From a virus, in IMG/VR virus record IMGVR_UViG_3300014913_000759, positions 1-64,000 of that record: 64,000 nucleotides of DNA. One strand, 5' to 3'. Position 1 is the stretch's first letter, and the number at the start of each line of letters is the position of its first letter. Of this stretch, positions 26,123-36,177 are shown one piece after another. The notes under the pieces are model-generated. The model did no database searches. It was not told the origin of the DNA and saw nothing but the letters and a program-made list of their open reading frames with translations. The position numbers and the translations under genes are program-made.

Positions 26123-27035
26123 TACAATACACCTCGCTTGCTTCGGACATAAACCGCGCCATAATAATTTGTTTTATACCGTGTAGGACAACCTCAGGGT
26201 CGATATCTCTACACTGCCAATCCTTACAATCCTTTTGCCAGCGTCTTGTTTTCTGACAAGGTCTACATTCCAGATCGTCTCTGGTAATAATGGTTGAATA
26301 CTTGTGGAAACGTTCGTCATAATTCTTCTTAATAGAAGTAGCCGTAAATATTACAATATTGTCTGTTTCCAGGGCATTAGATGCGTGATACATTCCGGAG
26401 TCGTTTCCGACGAAAAGCCTAGCATTCTTGATAAGACCTAGACTTTCCTGCAGGCTAAGACCTGTTCTATCTTCAGTGCCTTCAATATATTCTTCTTTGG
26501 CGCCGATGGAACAAACTTTGACACCCTCTAAATATTCAACAACTTTTTCGTAGTGAGTGTAGCTTTTCACCGACCAATTTGCGCTTCCATACCTATTATA
26601 ACCATTGTGCATGACAATGTCAAATTTTTCTTCTGTCTTTCCATATGCACAGATGCCGTGCCAAAGAATATTCTCTTCCTTGACACCGAGGTCTCTAGCG
26701 ATGTCCATATAGGTGTCCACTTCGCTGCGATCCACGCTCAGCGGCTGGATCTTGTTAAGAAGTGCCATGCGTGCGAATGGACCCTGACCGACTATATTCT
26801 GTGTCCACATAGTAGACACGTAACCGTCGTACGAAAACATATCCAGTTTGTTGATGTTCTGACCAACCACCCACTTGCCGACATACGGAATAAGCCTGTC
26901 TTTTATTCCGTAGCTACCATGCGCGTGCCAGAAGTCGACCTTGTGGCCGAGAACCTCAGTAAGTGTTCTAATTACTGGAATACACTGGATGATGTTTCCT
27001 ATTCCCTCTCCGTGGCAAAAAAGAAGTTTAGCCAT
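26082..27035 (-). CDS. GT9 (heptosyltransferase-like) glycosyltransferase
   Basis: GIGN..QCIP, KSY, GNDSGMYHASNAL, CRPC...C....C. Confidence 0.88.
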   Translation of the reverse strand: MAKLLFCHGEGIGNIIQCIPVIRTLTEVLGHKVDFWHAHGSYGIKDRLIPYVGKWVVGQNINKLDMFSYDGYVSTMWTQNIVGQGPFARMALLNKIQPLSVDRSEVDTYMDIARDLGVKEENILWHGICAYGKTEEKFDIVMHNGYNRYGSANWSVKSYTHYEKVVEYLEGVKVCSIGAKEEYIEGTEDRTGLSLQESLGLIKNARLFVGNDSGMYHASNALETDNIVIFTATSIKKNYDERFHKYSTIITRDDLECRPCQKTRRWQKDCKDWQCRDIDPEVVLHGIKQIIMARFMSEASEVYCNEPIDAPRGSTEG

Positions 27036-27903
27036 AATTGTAACCATACCTCCGGTGTAATATTGCTCTGTACCAAGCCTTGTGCCATCTCCTATCAAAA
27101 TTTGCTCTGGCGTTGCAAGAAGTACAAAGTGTTATCAAGTTTTCCGGTCCACAACTTTTCTTGTTATAATCAATGTGGTGTATATTCAAAGTTTTATAAT
27201 TATTACGGCAATCGGGGTTCAAGCATTTATGGCCATCTCTGTCCTTAATACTTTCTTTGTACTCTTTGTCCAACCAAATATCACAGTAAGGCTCACAAGT
27301 AATGCCACCCTTCCAATTGTGGTGTGTCGAGCCACTACTACGCTCAAACCAACATGCCCTACATCTAAAACCCCTAACCCAATCATTCCACGTAGTAGAT
27401 GCTGTATGTCCGTTGCTACAAATATAATATAATTTTGTTTTGTTATTTTTATAGGTCTTAGAAAGTAGTTTACATCCCTCTTTCCCAAAACTTCGCCTGA
27501 CAAACTCTATACTATGTTTTGCTGTGCCTGAGCATACAGCGCAGCGGGCGCCGTTCTTCCAAGAAACCCAACTAATTCTATATTCGTGCCCTTCGGAACA
27601 TATATATCTAAGTTTTTGTGTGTTGTTTTTATATTCGGTATTCAACAACATATAACCCTCAGAACTAAACGCACTTCTAACTGTTTCTATACCTAGCGAC
27701 ATTTTTGGTGCTGCTTTTTTATAACCACAGTAACGGCACCTCTGACCCCTCTTCCACCTATGCCAATTTGTACTACTTTTGTGGCCTTTTGGGCAGACGT
27801 ACTTCAACACAGACTCGCAGTTTTTATACTCGTCTGTCAAAAGGGTATAACCCTCCTTCTTAAACTGATCTCTTACAAACCCATATGTTAGTCTTCTAGG
27901 CAT
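27028..27903 (-). mobile_element. Free-standing HNH homing endonuclease with three Zn-ribbon repeats
   Basis: 3x F..EG..LL...YKN...L.Y.C..GH...W..W..G.RC..C; HNWKGG; HHIDYNK..C..ENLITLC.SCN..AN. Confidence 0.88.
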
Positions 27904-28810
27904 TTTTCTTTCCTGATAGTTTCAATGTACCATCCCACTCTTCTAAAAGTGGTGAAAAAGATTTATAGTCATTATATTGCTTCGCAGCAGTGAGCTCATA
28001 CATTTTGTTGGCATCTTTTATTATTTCCCTCAGATTCTCTATTCTCTCATCAAAGTCCTGACCAGGAATCACACCACCGGGCCTATTTATACCAACAAAC
28101 CCAATGTGGATTTGACGATTTACATACGGATTTATAATCCATTTATCTTCTTCAATCATGGCCACTGAAGTTAAACGATTTATGAGCCCCGCTTGCTGCC
28201 AATGCATAGGCTTGTCCGGATCATATTTGTAACCTTTTTCCTGGTAGCCCTTTTCCTTATAGTGCTTGTCCATTGCAACAATAAAACCTGGTTCATTTTT
28301 ATAATAATCCATGATAGAATGCGGTGCTATATATTTATAGTAGAACTCCTTAGGTATAAGAGGCGCTAAAGCGGCATAATGATGTCCTTGATAAACCTCC
28401 GAAACTTTGCTGTCTACATCTTCTTTAGTAAATGGTGATAAAATTGAATACTTGCCCTTCGCTTCCGGCATATTCATAAGAAGATCCATATATTTAAAAT
28501 ACGTCTTATGAATCAAGATGTCATCCTCTATATAAACCACATAATCATCTGTCATCTTAAACGCTTTGGCCATACCTTCCAGTATGTTAACAGTCAATCC
28601 GTAGCGCTGTGGTCTAAACTCAAAGACACTTTCATAAGGATATTTCTGTAATAGATTGAGTACCTCTTGTGGGGTACCTGCTTCTACTAGAAAGAGTGTT
28701 ATGAACTGTCCTGGTAAAGAATAATAATCCCTAGCAGCTTTTTCGTATTCTAGAGATAGATAAAGCATTTCGGGGCGATTGTATATGGGTCTGAGTATAA
28801 TATTCGCCAT
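27896..28810 (-). CDS. GT-A glycosyltransferase
   Basis: PIYNRPEML, VVYIEDD, HIGFVG. Confidence 0.78.
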   Translation of the reverse strand: MANIILRPIYNRPEMLYLSLEYEKAARDYYSLPGQFITLFLVEAGTPQEVLNLLQKYPYESVFEFRPQRYGLTVNILEGMAKAFKMTDDYVVYIEDDILIHKTYFKYMDLLMNMPEAKGKYSILSPFTKEDVDSKVSEVYQGHHYAALAPLIPKEFYYKYIAPHSIMDYYKNEPGFIVAMDKHYKEKGYQEKGYKYDPDKPMHWQQAGLINRLTSVAMIEEDKWIINPYVNRQIHIGFVGINRPGGVIPGQDFDERIENLREIIKDANKMYELTAAKQYNDYKSFSPLLEEWDGTLKLSGKKNA

Positions 28811-29322
28811 TATAGTTTCCTCACTTTCATCTCAAAGTTGCTGCCTATTTCTTTGTAGTCAATTTCTTTTAGCCCGCAATCAGCACAAATTTTAGAGAAC
28901 CATGCTCTGTCAAATCCTACATAGTGAAAGTTCTGTGCGTAATCTTGGCCGCCAAAAAGAAGCCAAGAGATTGTGGCTGTGTGTGCTGGGTCTTTCTTCC
29001 TATTTACATACTGTTGACATATGTAAGCAAGATTAGGCATACGAAACTCGATTGTTCCGCCCTTCTTCAACACACTTGACCATTCCTTAATAAGTCTCTT
29101 TGTCTTAGAAGCGTGTTTATCGCCCGGCGGAAAATGCTCTATGACATCGCTCGCCAGAATGTAATCCACGCTCTCTGGTTTGAAAGGCAGTGGCTTACTA
29201 AGATCTGCACGAACATCCTGTTTAGGCAGACCTTTCCTCACGTCTACGTTAAAACACCTGTTCTGTGCTGGATATTTTCTATATGCGCGCTCTCCGCTTC
29301 CTAGATTAAGCGTTATCTTCAT
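28810..29322 (-). CDS. Class I SAM methyltransferase (type 11)
   Basis: LNLGSG, NVD, PLPF, DVIEH, VLKKGG. Confidence 0.85.
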   Translation of the reverse strand: MKITLNLGSGERAYRKYPAQNRCFNVDVRKGLPKQDVRADLSKPLPFKPESVDYILASDVIEHFPPGDKHASKTKRLIKEWSSVLKKGGTIEFRMPNLAYICQQYVNRKKDPAHTATISWLLFGGQDYAQNFHYVGFDRAWFSKICADCGLKEIDYKEIGSNFEMKVRKL

Positions 29323-30440
29323 AGAGATTTAATCTCCTTCAACATCTTCTTGCCAACTTTTTCCCAGGTAAAGTTATTTCCGATGTATCTTTTCATTCTA
29401 CCTGCTTTTTCCTGCGCCTCATCTGGATTCTCATACACCTGTCTCATAAGTTGCGAGGCGTGGTGTACGTCTGCAGAAGCCCATAGCTGGTCACCCGTAT
29501 ACCAAGGGCCCCATATCATACCAAATACCGGCTGTAGTGTGTAATCGACTAGGTAGCTATTGTCGGGCTTTGCGTATTCCAAAGCGCCGCCGAATCCCGT
29601 CACTATGATGGGCTTACTGCAGGCACCTGCCGTAAAACCAGAAAGACCAAAACCTTCGCCCCTATCCAGAGATACAAAACAGTCTCCTCTTGCGTGTAGG
29701 CCCAAAATCTCGTTCCTCGTTAAAAGATCAAGAATTAGATAGACCTTGGCATGTGGATTTGGCATAGGCATGACCTGCTTCAGTCTTTTAATCGTCTGCC
29801 TGACAATGTCTTTGTCCTTGTCAGAGTAGTTAGTTCTATATGTTTTCATAACTAACGCTACGTTCTCATTGCTCTGGAAAGCGTGCCAGTATGCTCTCAG
29901 CATTGAGGTAGGATTCTTTCTTTCCATGAACTGAAATATACTATAGAATACAAAAGTATCATCATCCACACCTTTAATGTCGTACGGCTTAATGCCATCG
30001 AACTCGGCCATATCTATGCCGTGAGGAACCACACCAACTGGTACCTTTATACCGCTTTCCTTGTATACATCAGAGTTCCAGTCACAGCAGGTGAGAATCA
30101 TATCCATCTTGTTCATCATCTCTACCCAGTCTGGAGGCAGCTTAGTGGTTTCCCACACAGTGTACCCAATATTAACCTTATCAACCTCTTTCTTTGCTTC
30201 AAAGTGGTGTGGTGTGTTGTGGTTAATGACTATATTATAATCAATGTCCTTGTTTATAAGACTAGACAGCGTCTCGCCGTACTTCTCATTGACCGGTCTG
30301 ATCTCTTCAAAAGATACGGGCGCACACGTAATTGGTATGCCCATCTGATGAAGAGCCATTACATAGCCACGCGATGCCTCGCCGTATCCTGATCCGTCTA
30401 ACAACGGAGAAATATATTTAATCCCCTTTATTTCCATCAT
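29319..30440 (-). CDS. GT4 glycosyltransferase
   Basis: SGYG, WET, VPHG, ERKN, RGEGFGL. Confidence 0.9.
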   Translation of the reverse strand: MMEIKGIKYISPLLDGSGYGEASRGYVMALHQMGIPITCAPVSFEEIRPVNEKYGETLSSLINKDIDYNIVINHNTPHHFEAKKEVDKVNIGYTVWETTKLPPDWVEMMNKMDMILTCCDWNSDVYKESGIKVPVGVVPHGIDMAEFDGIKPYDIKGVDDDTFVFYSIFQFMERKNPTSMLRAYWHAFQSNENVALVMKTYRTNYSDKDKDIVRQTIKRLKQVMPMPNPHAKVYLILDLLTRNEILGLHARGDCFVSLDRGEGFGLSGFTAGACSKPIIVTGFGGALEYAKPDNSYLVDYTLQPVFGMIWGPWYTGDQLWASADVHHASQLMRQVYENPDEAQEKAGRMKRYIGNNFTWEKVGKKMLKEIKSL

Positions 30441-30672
30441 CGTCTCCTTTAAACAAGTCTTTTATATCTTTCATTCGTGATGCAATCATCACCTCCGGCA
30501 ACTTCTCATACATCTCGGCCAACTGTGCAAAATCAGCATCTGGGGCCATCAAATGGAACATAAGAAAAAGCTCTAAGCGTGTTATTTTATTGTCGAGGTA
30601 GCTTAGATACTCCCCCAAGGAGTACTCTATTTGCTCTCCATCAGATGTTCTGGTAATATATATGTTTGGCAT
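30418..30672 (-). CDS. Hypothetical protein
   Basis: ORF coupled to thyA (TAATG). Confidence 0.55.
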   Translation of the reverse strand: MPNIYITRTSDGEQIEYSLGEYLSYLDNKITRLELFLMFHLMAPDADFAQLAEMYEKLPEVMIASRMKDIKDLFKGDDDGNKGD

Positions 30673-31373
30673 TACTCTGACCTCATTGTCCTTATTTTGG
30701 CCAGTTCCCAGGCGTAGTCATATAAATGTAGGCCTTTAGTGGCGGCCACCAACTCACCATCATCCACGCCTATTTCACTAGCCATGTATTCCTTGAGTAG
30801 TTGTAAGCCCCCTAAATTGGCGGGCAATCCATTATAGAGATCCCATGACCTGAAATAAACAAAGAAATGAAGTTTGCCGTTGCTAATTCTAGTATCAATA
30901 TGCCTCAGACATGGAGGGTCGCCAAGCAAAATATCAGATGGTGCTGATATAGACATAGCTGCCTGGTTAGTGCCATATCCTTTTGTTTTATACATATCAA
31001 TAACTTCATCAATCTGGTTGACCATTTTCGGAGACATTATTTCGTGCGTATAATATTGCCAACCGGCGAGGCGTTCTCCGTAAGTATAATCCTCGTTTGG
31101 TTGCTTCATGTTTGTCATAAGATATGGTAAATATTCCTCTATATAACCATCTGCCACGGGGTTTGGTATACCAAGTGAAGCAGGAATATCGGGAATAAGC
31201 GGCCTAACACCTGGGTATTTTACATGTATCGTGATGTAATCAAACTCCAGGCGTTGTTGGCCTACGTAACTACCGTGGTCAATAGTGTATTTATGGCCAC
31301 GGTCTAAAATCCCATACACACACTGAAACCATGCGTCCGGCAAGTCTCTTGCTTTTACTTCAACTAAATCCAT
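30672..31373 (-). CDS. thyA: Thymidylate synthase (short, archaeal/deltaproteobacterial-type)
   Basis: YTYGERL, PPCL, FRSWDL...PAN (Asn = dUMP specificity), HLY. Confidence 0.88.
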   Translation of the reverse strand: MDLVEVKARDLPDAWFQCVYGILDRGHKYTIDHGSYVGQQRLEFDYITIHVKYPGVRPLIPDIPASLGIPNPVADGYIEEYLPYLMTNMKQPNEDYTYGERLAGWQYYTHEIMSPKMVNQIDEVIDMYKTKGYGTNQAAMSISAPSDILLGDPPCLRHIDTRISNGKLHFFVYFRSWDLYNGLPANLGGLQLLKEYMASEIGVDDGELVAATKGLHLYDYAWELAKIRTMRSE

Positions 31374-32744
31374 CTATATTTCCTCCGCTTCAATAACACC
31401 CTCGTCTTCCTTTTCTTCCTCTTTCTTGGGCGCTGAGTCATTTTGAAGCTCTTCGTAAGCTTTATCGAAAATTTCTACCCACTGTGGTGCAATGCTTCTT
31501 TGCCAATCCATCGACATATTCACCCAACGATAGGCGTTTTCTGCTCTTTCCTTGGCCTCATCGTAGTTGTTATAGATGTGTAACATCTTTGCCACCATGT
31601 CTTCCACGTCTACCAAAGGACGAACCACTTCGTTATCATTAGGTACGACGGTAAACAGGCTTGGATTGGTGCCGCTATCAATCAGATAACCTCTCTCCTC
31701 AGTAATGAACTCAGTAAGTGCTGTGTTGTTCGGCATAAGAACCGGTGTTTTAGTTGCCATAGCCTCAATCCAGCTAAGACCAAAACCCTCACCGATACAA
31801 CTACTAACAACACAATCACTGATATTATAGATCATATTCACAATTTCCCTAGGATATCCTTGATTGGGACCAAAATTTTCAGGGAATATTACATCCTCTT
31901 TGATGCTTAAACCTTCTGCCTCTACAATCTGAGGTAGATCCCAGCCCTGGTCTTTCTTGGCCATATGCAGGTAGAGAATTGACTCCGGAACTTGCTTTTT
32001 GAACTCTCTAAAAGCCTTGATAGTCCTAGGAATGTCCTTGCGTTGCTGATTTCTATTTAAATTTGTCCATATAAACTTATCAGCGTGTGCACCAAAGTAT
32101 TTCTTCCTAAACGCCTGTACCTCTGAGTCTGGATGTGGGTAGTACTCACGTGTATTAACGCCGTGAGGAATTACCGACAACTCCGGAACATCTGGGTACA
32201 CTAATTCAGACATTTTCTTACCAAATTCACAATAGGCAACAGGATGATCTACAACACTGATGTTCTTAATCCACTGTGTCTTAGGCGTACCATCGATGGG
32301 ATAATAACAAATGGACTTAAACTTCTTTCCGCCCATTCTCAAATGTGGAATGAGTTCTGGTAAGAAGTCCATTATAAAAGTATCCTGCAAGAAAAACAAA
32401 AGATCGTACTCCATCTGAGGCATCATCTTACAAATTTTCTGTCTACCATATGGATCGTTCTGTGGGTTTGTACCGGTAGGCCAAATTCTGTAGGGATATG
32501 GATGTGGGTTGCCCCAATAATTAATACCAAGGATGTCTATATCATACCTACCAGTCCTGTACAAACCTTCAAATATGTTCCTTGAAACCGTACCAAAACC
32601 GGTGGCACAAGAAGGCGTATCACAATAAGCCAATACCTTTATCTTTTTCTCCGGCTGCTTTTGTGCTGGTGCCTTGGGTGTGGGCATCTTAAACGTCTTC
32701 TTTGGGCCCGATGTTTTCTTTTTATTCTTCTTATTCTTTGCCAT
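31374..32744 (-). CDS. GT4 glycosyltransferase
   Basis: TGFG, IPHG, NRNQQRK, GEGFGLSWIEAMA. Confidence 0.92.
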   Translation of the reverse strand: MAKNKKNKKKTSGPKKTFKMPTPKAPAQKQPEKKIKVLAYCDTPSCATGFGTVSRNIFEGLYRTGRYDIDILGINYWGNPHPYPYRIWPTGTNPQNDPYGRQKICKMMPQMEYDLLFFLQDTFIMDFLPELIPHLRMGGKKFKSICYYPIDGTPKTQWIKNISVVDHPVAYCEFGKKMSELVYPDVPELSVIPHGVNTREYYPHPDSEVQAFRKKYFGAHADKFIWTNLNRNQQRKDIPRTIKAFREFKKQVPESILYLHMAKKDQGWDLPQIVEAEGLSIKEDVIFPENFGPNQGYPREIVNMIYNISDCVVSSCIGEGFGLSWIEAMATKTPVLMPNNTALTEFITEERGYLIDSGTNPSLFTVVPNDNEVVRPLVDVEDMVAKMLHIYNNYDEAKERAENAYRWVNMSMDWQRSIAPQWVEIFDKAYEELQNDSAPKKEEEKEDEGVIEAEEI

Positions 32745-32747
32745 GTC

Positions 32748-33917
32748 CTATTCTCCTTTTTTCTTTTTTAGCTTTCTGGTAGCTAAAAAAGGCCTTGTGA
32801 AATTTCTTTGTGCACTATCTTCTATAACGTCACGCACTCTAGGCCTCTTTTCAATGTATTTTTTCACTTGCGCTTTTTTCAGGTTAACCATCTTTGCTAG
32901 CTCTCTTTTTGGTACGTACTCGAGAACCTTTCTAACATCGTAGTCCACTCTTGAATTCGACCTGACATATAATTCTATTTGGCCATTGTTAACCTCCTTG
33001 CCGCCTCGCTTTATCTTCTCCATTATCAACATGGCCATTTCTCTTTCTCGAGCTTCGATGATCTTCTTTATGTCACGCATCTTCGTCCACTCGTTGATCA
33101 GATCTGCGTCACGATAACCCTCTGCGGCTTGAAAACTATAATTACCCTTCTCATATGCTTTCTTATAAGTGCGGCAGTAGTCCTTAAAATCGCACCAAGG
33201 ACAAAAAAGGTTGAGGCTTGGCTCAGCTTCTCTCTTCTTTAGTGCCACCATCTCATCGTGGAGTTTCTTTATGTAGTCCGAAAAAGCCTGCCTCTCAGCG
33301 GGGGTTCTATACGTATCCATTGGATCGTGTTTCAGGAAGTCCAGCCTTAATATAATACGTTTATATTGTGGCCATTTTATGCTCGCAACCAAGTCATAGA
33401 TAGAAAGCTGGATATCGTGCTTCATATCATCTACAGTCGGCATGGTGTTTGATGTTTTATAGTCCACCACAAGTAGCGTGTCTTCGTCTACCTCAGTTAC
33501 CATGTCCATGGCTCCTATAAGAGGGACTCCTTGGTCTGTATGAACCTCGTTGTCCTCATCGGTGCCGAAAAGCTGCTCCAACCCAATAATCTTTCTACCT
33601 GACTCTTTCCAAAAATTATTTAACTTTCTCTCAACTAATTCCTTTCCTAGAATATGAAGGCCATAATCTCCCAGGCCGTTTTTAACAGACATCTCGTCAT
33701 AATAATTCAGAATTTCTGCTCTATCTTCATTATTAAATTCTTCCTTGTCTTGCCAAATTTGGCCTGCGTATTCTAACGTCTCGTGACAAACCAAACCAAG
33801 CTTAAAAGATGGGTTTGTCATCTTAGGCAATTTATCATGGTAATTATACCAATACCTAAGTTTACACTCTAAAAACATATTTATGCGCGTTGCGCTTAAC
33901 TTGACTGTCCGTGGCAT
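32748..33917 (-). CDS. PD-(D/E)XK exonuclease, RecB/Cas4-like with Fe-S Cys set
   Basis: SATRI...C..RY, G...H, G.MD, DYKT, QLSIY, CPWCDFKDYC. Confidence 0.88.
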   Translation of the reverse strand: MPRTVKLSATRINMFLECKLRYWYNYHDKLPKMTNPSFKLGLVCHETLEYAGQIWQDKEEFNNEDRAEILNYYDEMSVKNGLGDYGLHILGKELVERKLNNFWKESGRKIIGLEQLFGTDEDNEVHTDQGVPLIGAMDMVTEVDEDTLLVVDYKTSNTMPTVDDMKHDIQLSIYDLVASIKWPQYKRIILRLDFLKHDPMDTYRTPAERQAFSDYIKKLHDEMVALKKREAEPSLNLFCPWCDFKDYCRTYKKAYEKGNYSFQAAEGYRDADLINEWTKMRDIKKIIEAREREMAMLIMEKIKRGGKEVNNGQIELYVRSNSRVDYDVRKVLEYVPKRELAKMVNLKKAQVKKYIEKRPRVRDVIEDSAQRNFTRPFLATRKLKKKKGE

Positions 33918-33921
33918 ATAC

Positions 33922-34110
33922 CTACTCTCCTTCCGCCTCTACTATAGACTTTTCTTCATAATCCTCATCTAAAGCATATCGAATGAGCTTTTTGCGGCCT
34001 CCGCCTATTGCCACAGTGCCACAAGGGCACTTAACATAACTATTAGCCGATTCAGAAAAAACATGTGCACCACAATGAATGCACTTTATACTGTTAACTA
34101 AAATTTTCAT
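33922..34110 (-). CDS. Small Zn-binding protein
   Basis: IKCIHCG...CPCG..AIGGG. Confidence 0.65.
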   Translation of the reverse strand: MKILVNSIKCIHCGAHVFSESANSYVKCPCGTVAIGGGRKKLIRYALDEDYEEKSIVEAEGE

Positions 34111-34598
34111 TTCTTCCTCGCTTTCTTTATCTCTTGTTCATAAAAACACACCGACTGCGACAGCGCGTCCGTCACGTCGTTGTCTTTCTTAAATTCAAAA
34201 TCGTTTAGGTCATAGAGATCCACCATAACCTTGAAAACATCTTCTTTCTTCTTACAACCGAAGTGTGCTCTTGGTGTATTTACATTCATTATGAATGGTT
34301 CTACACCCAATATGTCCATGCAACACATCTTCGCTACACCAGCAAATTCGCACAATACCTTCAGCGTCTTTACGTTTCTGCCGCAAAACCCGTTTTCAAT
34401 GACAACGTAAGATGGTTTATATCTACTAAGCAGTACTCTTATTTCTTCCTTAAAAGAGTGTAGGCGCTCGGCCCTGCCCTTTTTAGGATTCGTTTTTATA
34501 ACACCGTAGGCTTTCAGATTGTCTCGTACCGAGAAAGTCCAACCGGTGGATGCTGATGATACGTCCAGACTTAAGATACCATACTTTCTTTGCCGCAT
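34107..34598 (-). CDS. ruvC: RuvC-like Holliday junction resolvase
   Basis: LSLDVS...TGW, VVIE, DVTDA. Confidence 0.82.
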   Translation of the reverse strand: MRQRKYGILSLDVSSASTGWTFSVRDNLKAYGVIKTNPKKGRAERLHSFKEEIRVLLSRYKPSYVVIENGFCGRNVKTLKVLCEFAGVAKMCCMDILGVEPFIMNVNTPRAHFGCKKKEDVFKVMVDLYDLNDFEFKKDNDVTDALSQSVCFYEQEIKKARKK

Positions 34599-35368
34599 GA
34601 GATCTCCTTCAACATTTTTATTTGTTCTTCCGTTAGATCCTCCTCTTTTGGGAGAATCATCCTATACTTTACAAAAAGATCTCCTTTCGGGCCTTTGTTG
34701 CGGCCAGTAGTTCCTTCGCCAGGCTGGCGCTCAACGTAGCCATCTGAAATACCTTTGGGTATATTCAATGTAATCTCTTTCTTTGTCTCTATCGAGCCTG
34801 TACCTTTGCATTCGTCACATTTTTCAACACCCAATTCGCCCAAACCCCTACAAGCGGAACAGGCCTCTGTCCTTGTAAAAAAAGTATTACCGTCTTGACT
34901 GGATTGAATTAGAACACCCTCACCATTACAATTAGGACACTCCTTCCATTCACTGTTTCCTGTCCCATTACACTTACCACATATATCGTTAAAAACCAAA
35001 TCAAAAACCATTTCGCCGCCAGTAATAAAGTAATACATAGGGATATCCTTCACAAACTTTAAATCTCGGCCCCTTGTTGGTGCGTGACGGTCTGGTCGAC
35101 GTGTTCGTGGTCCTGGTCTTCCTCCGAAAAAATCAAAACCCATAGCAGAAAAGGGATCTTGTGGTCGATCATACATTCTCCTCTTCTTATCATCTGATAA
35201 AACCGAATATGCTTCCGCTACATCCTTAAACTTCTCCTCAGCCTGTTTGTTATCTGGGTTTCTGTCTGGATGATACTTTTGTGCCAATTTTCTATAGGCA
35301 CTCTTAATATCTGCCTTAGAAGCATTTCGATCTACACCTAATGTTTGGTAATGATCTTTTCTAGCCAC
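34571..35368 (-). CDS. dnaJ: DnaJ chaperone
   Basis: J domain with HPD; four CxxCxGxG repeats; GDL. Confidence 0.95.
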   Translation of the reverse strand: MARKDHYQTLGVDRNASKADIKSAYRKLAQKYHPDRNPDNKQAEEKFKDVAEAYSVLSDDKKRRMYDRPQDPFSAMGFDFFGGRPGPRTRRPDRHAPTRGRDLKFVKDIPMYYFITGGEMVFDLVFNDICGKCNGTGNSEWKECPNCNGEGVLIQSSQDGNTFFTRTEACSACRGLGELGVEKCDECKGTGSIETKKEITLNIPKGISDGYVERQPGEGTTGRNKGPKGDLFVKYRMILPKEEDLTEEQIKMLKEISCGKESMVS

Positions 35369-35744
35369 CGGTTTTTATTACCTCCCAAGTAAAACCACAG
35401 TCTGGACACTCCCATCTACCTGGCGCTGACTCGTGGCACACAGTCTGACAACGAAAACACTTATGAACGTAGTCTAGCATACTCGAGCTTTTGATTTCTC
35501 GTTGATCCATATTTAGAATCATGTCAAACTCCTGAAAAAACTCGTCGTCATCAAACATTTCCTCTAAACCCATATCAAAAAATGTAGTGTTCTCAATTAA
35601 CTCACCATCCACAGTCTTCCAGGCCATTCCACATTCCTTACAGACGTTATATTCAATTCTTATCTCGCCGCCGCAGTGTTTGCACGGTAGACTTTCTACT
35701 AATATTGTTCCGCCTGTATTCTTATCGCAATGAACACACCTCAT
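35361..35744 (-). CDS. Multi-Zn-ribbon hypothetical protein
   Basis: Five CxxC motifs. Confidence 0.65.
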   Translation of the reverse strand: MRCVHCDKNTGGTILVESLPCKHCGGEIRIEYNVCKECGMAWKTVDGELIENTTFFDMGLEEMFDDDEFFQEFDMILNMDQREIKSSSMLDYVHKCFRCQTVCHESAPGRWECPDCGFTWEVIKTGG

Positions 35745-35752
35745 ATGACCTC

Positions 35753-36166
35753 CTAAGCATCCATATCTGTAGGCTCAAGCATTTCGACCACTTGGCCAAT
35801 AATATCCACTTCCTTATCCCTAAAAACCAAAGCAATGGGGGCAAACAATTGATTTGGTTTGAGGTCTGGGTATTGTTTGGTCGCAAACAAAACCTTAGAG
35901 ATTGCTGGCATATACATAACATTATTCTTCTTATCCAACAAAGAAAACTCTCCATCCTTTGCGCTGTACATCTTGGGGTCAAGCTTTTCGTAAACACCCT
36001 TGCGGGGTACAGTCACCTTATACTCTTTTTTGTCTACCCTAAAAAGGTAATTTGCTGCCGGCAATAGGGCAATCGTCGGTGTGCCCATAAGTGCGTCGTT
36101 CTTGGTTCGGTCAGCAAGTGCGACCTGAACGTCTCGATCGTTTTTATCAACTGACTTCTTAGTCAT
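35753..36166 (-). CDS. Hypothetical protein
   Basis: GGAGG RBS. Confidence 0.65.
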   Translation of the reverse strand: MTKKSVDKNDRDVQVALADRTKNDALMGTPTIALLPAANYLFRVDKKEYKVTVPRKGVYEKLDPKMYSAKDGEFSLLDKKNNVMYMPAISKVLFATKQYPDLKPNQLFAPIALVFRDKEVDIIGQVVEMLEPTDMDA

Positions 36167-36177
36167 CTCGCAACCTC

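Noticed and set aside
26553-27248. 231-aa plus-strand ORF
   Set aside because: Antisense to GT9 and the HNH gene; non-protein-like composition
30672-31373. dCMP hydroxymethylase (T4-like glucosyl-hmC)
   Set aside because: The specificity residue is Asn, not Asp, and dCMP deaminase and dUTPase point to dUMP flux
15032-32744. Bacterial O-antigen/capsule locus on a chromosome
   Set aside because: No Wzx/Wzy/Wzm/Wzt or initiating transferase; continuous with phage-type replication and tail genes
32748-33917. Cas4 as part of a CRISPR-Cas system
   Set aside because: No repeat-spacer array or other cas genes seen; fits a phage recombination exonuclease
35722-35997. Alternative-frame minus ORFs (also 3440-3634, 39349-39558, 25753-26061)
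   Set aside because: Nested in better-supported genes that have RBSs
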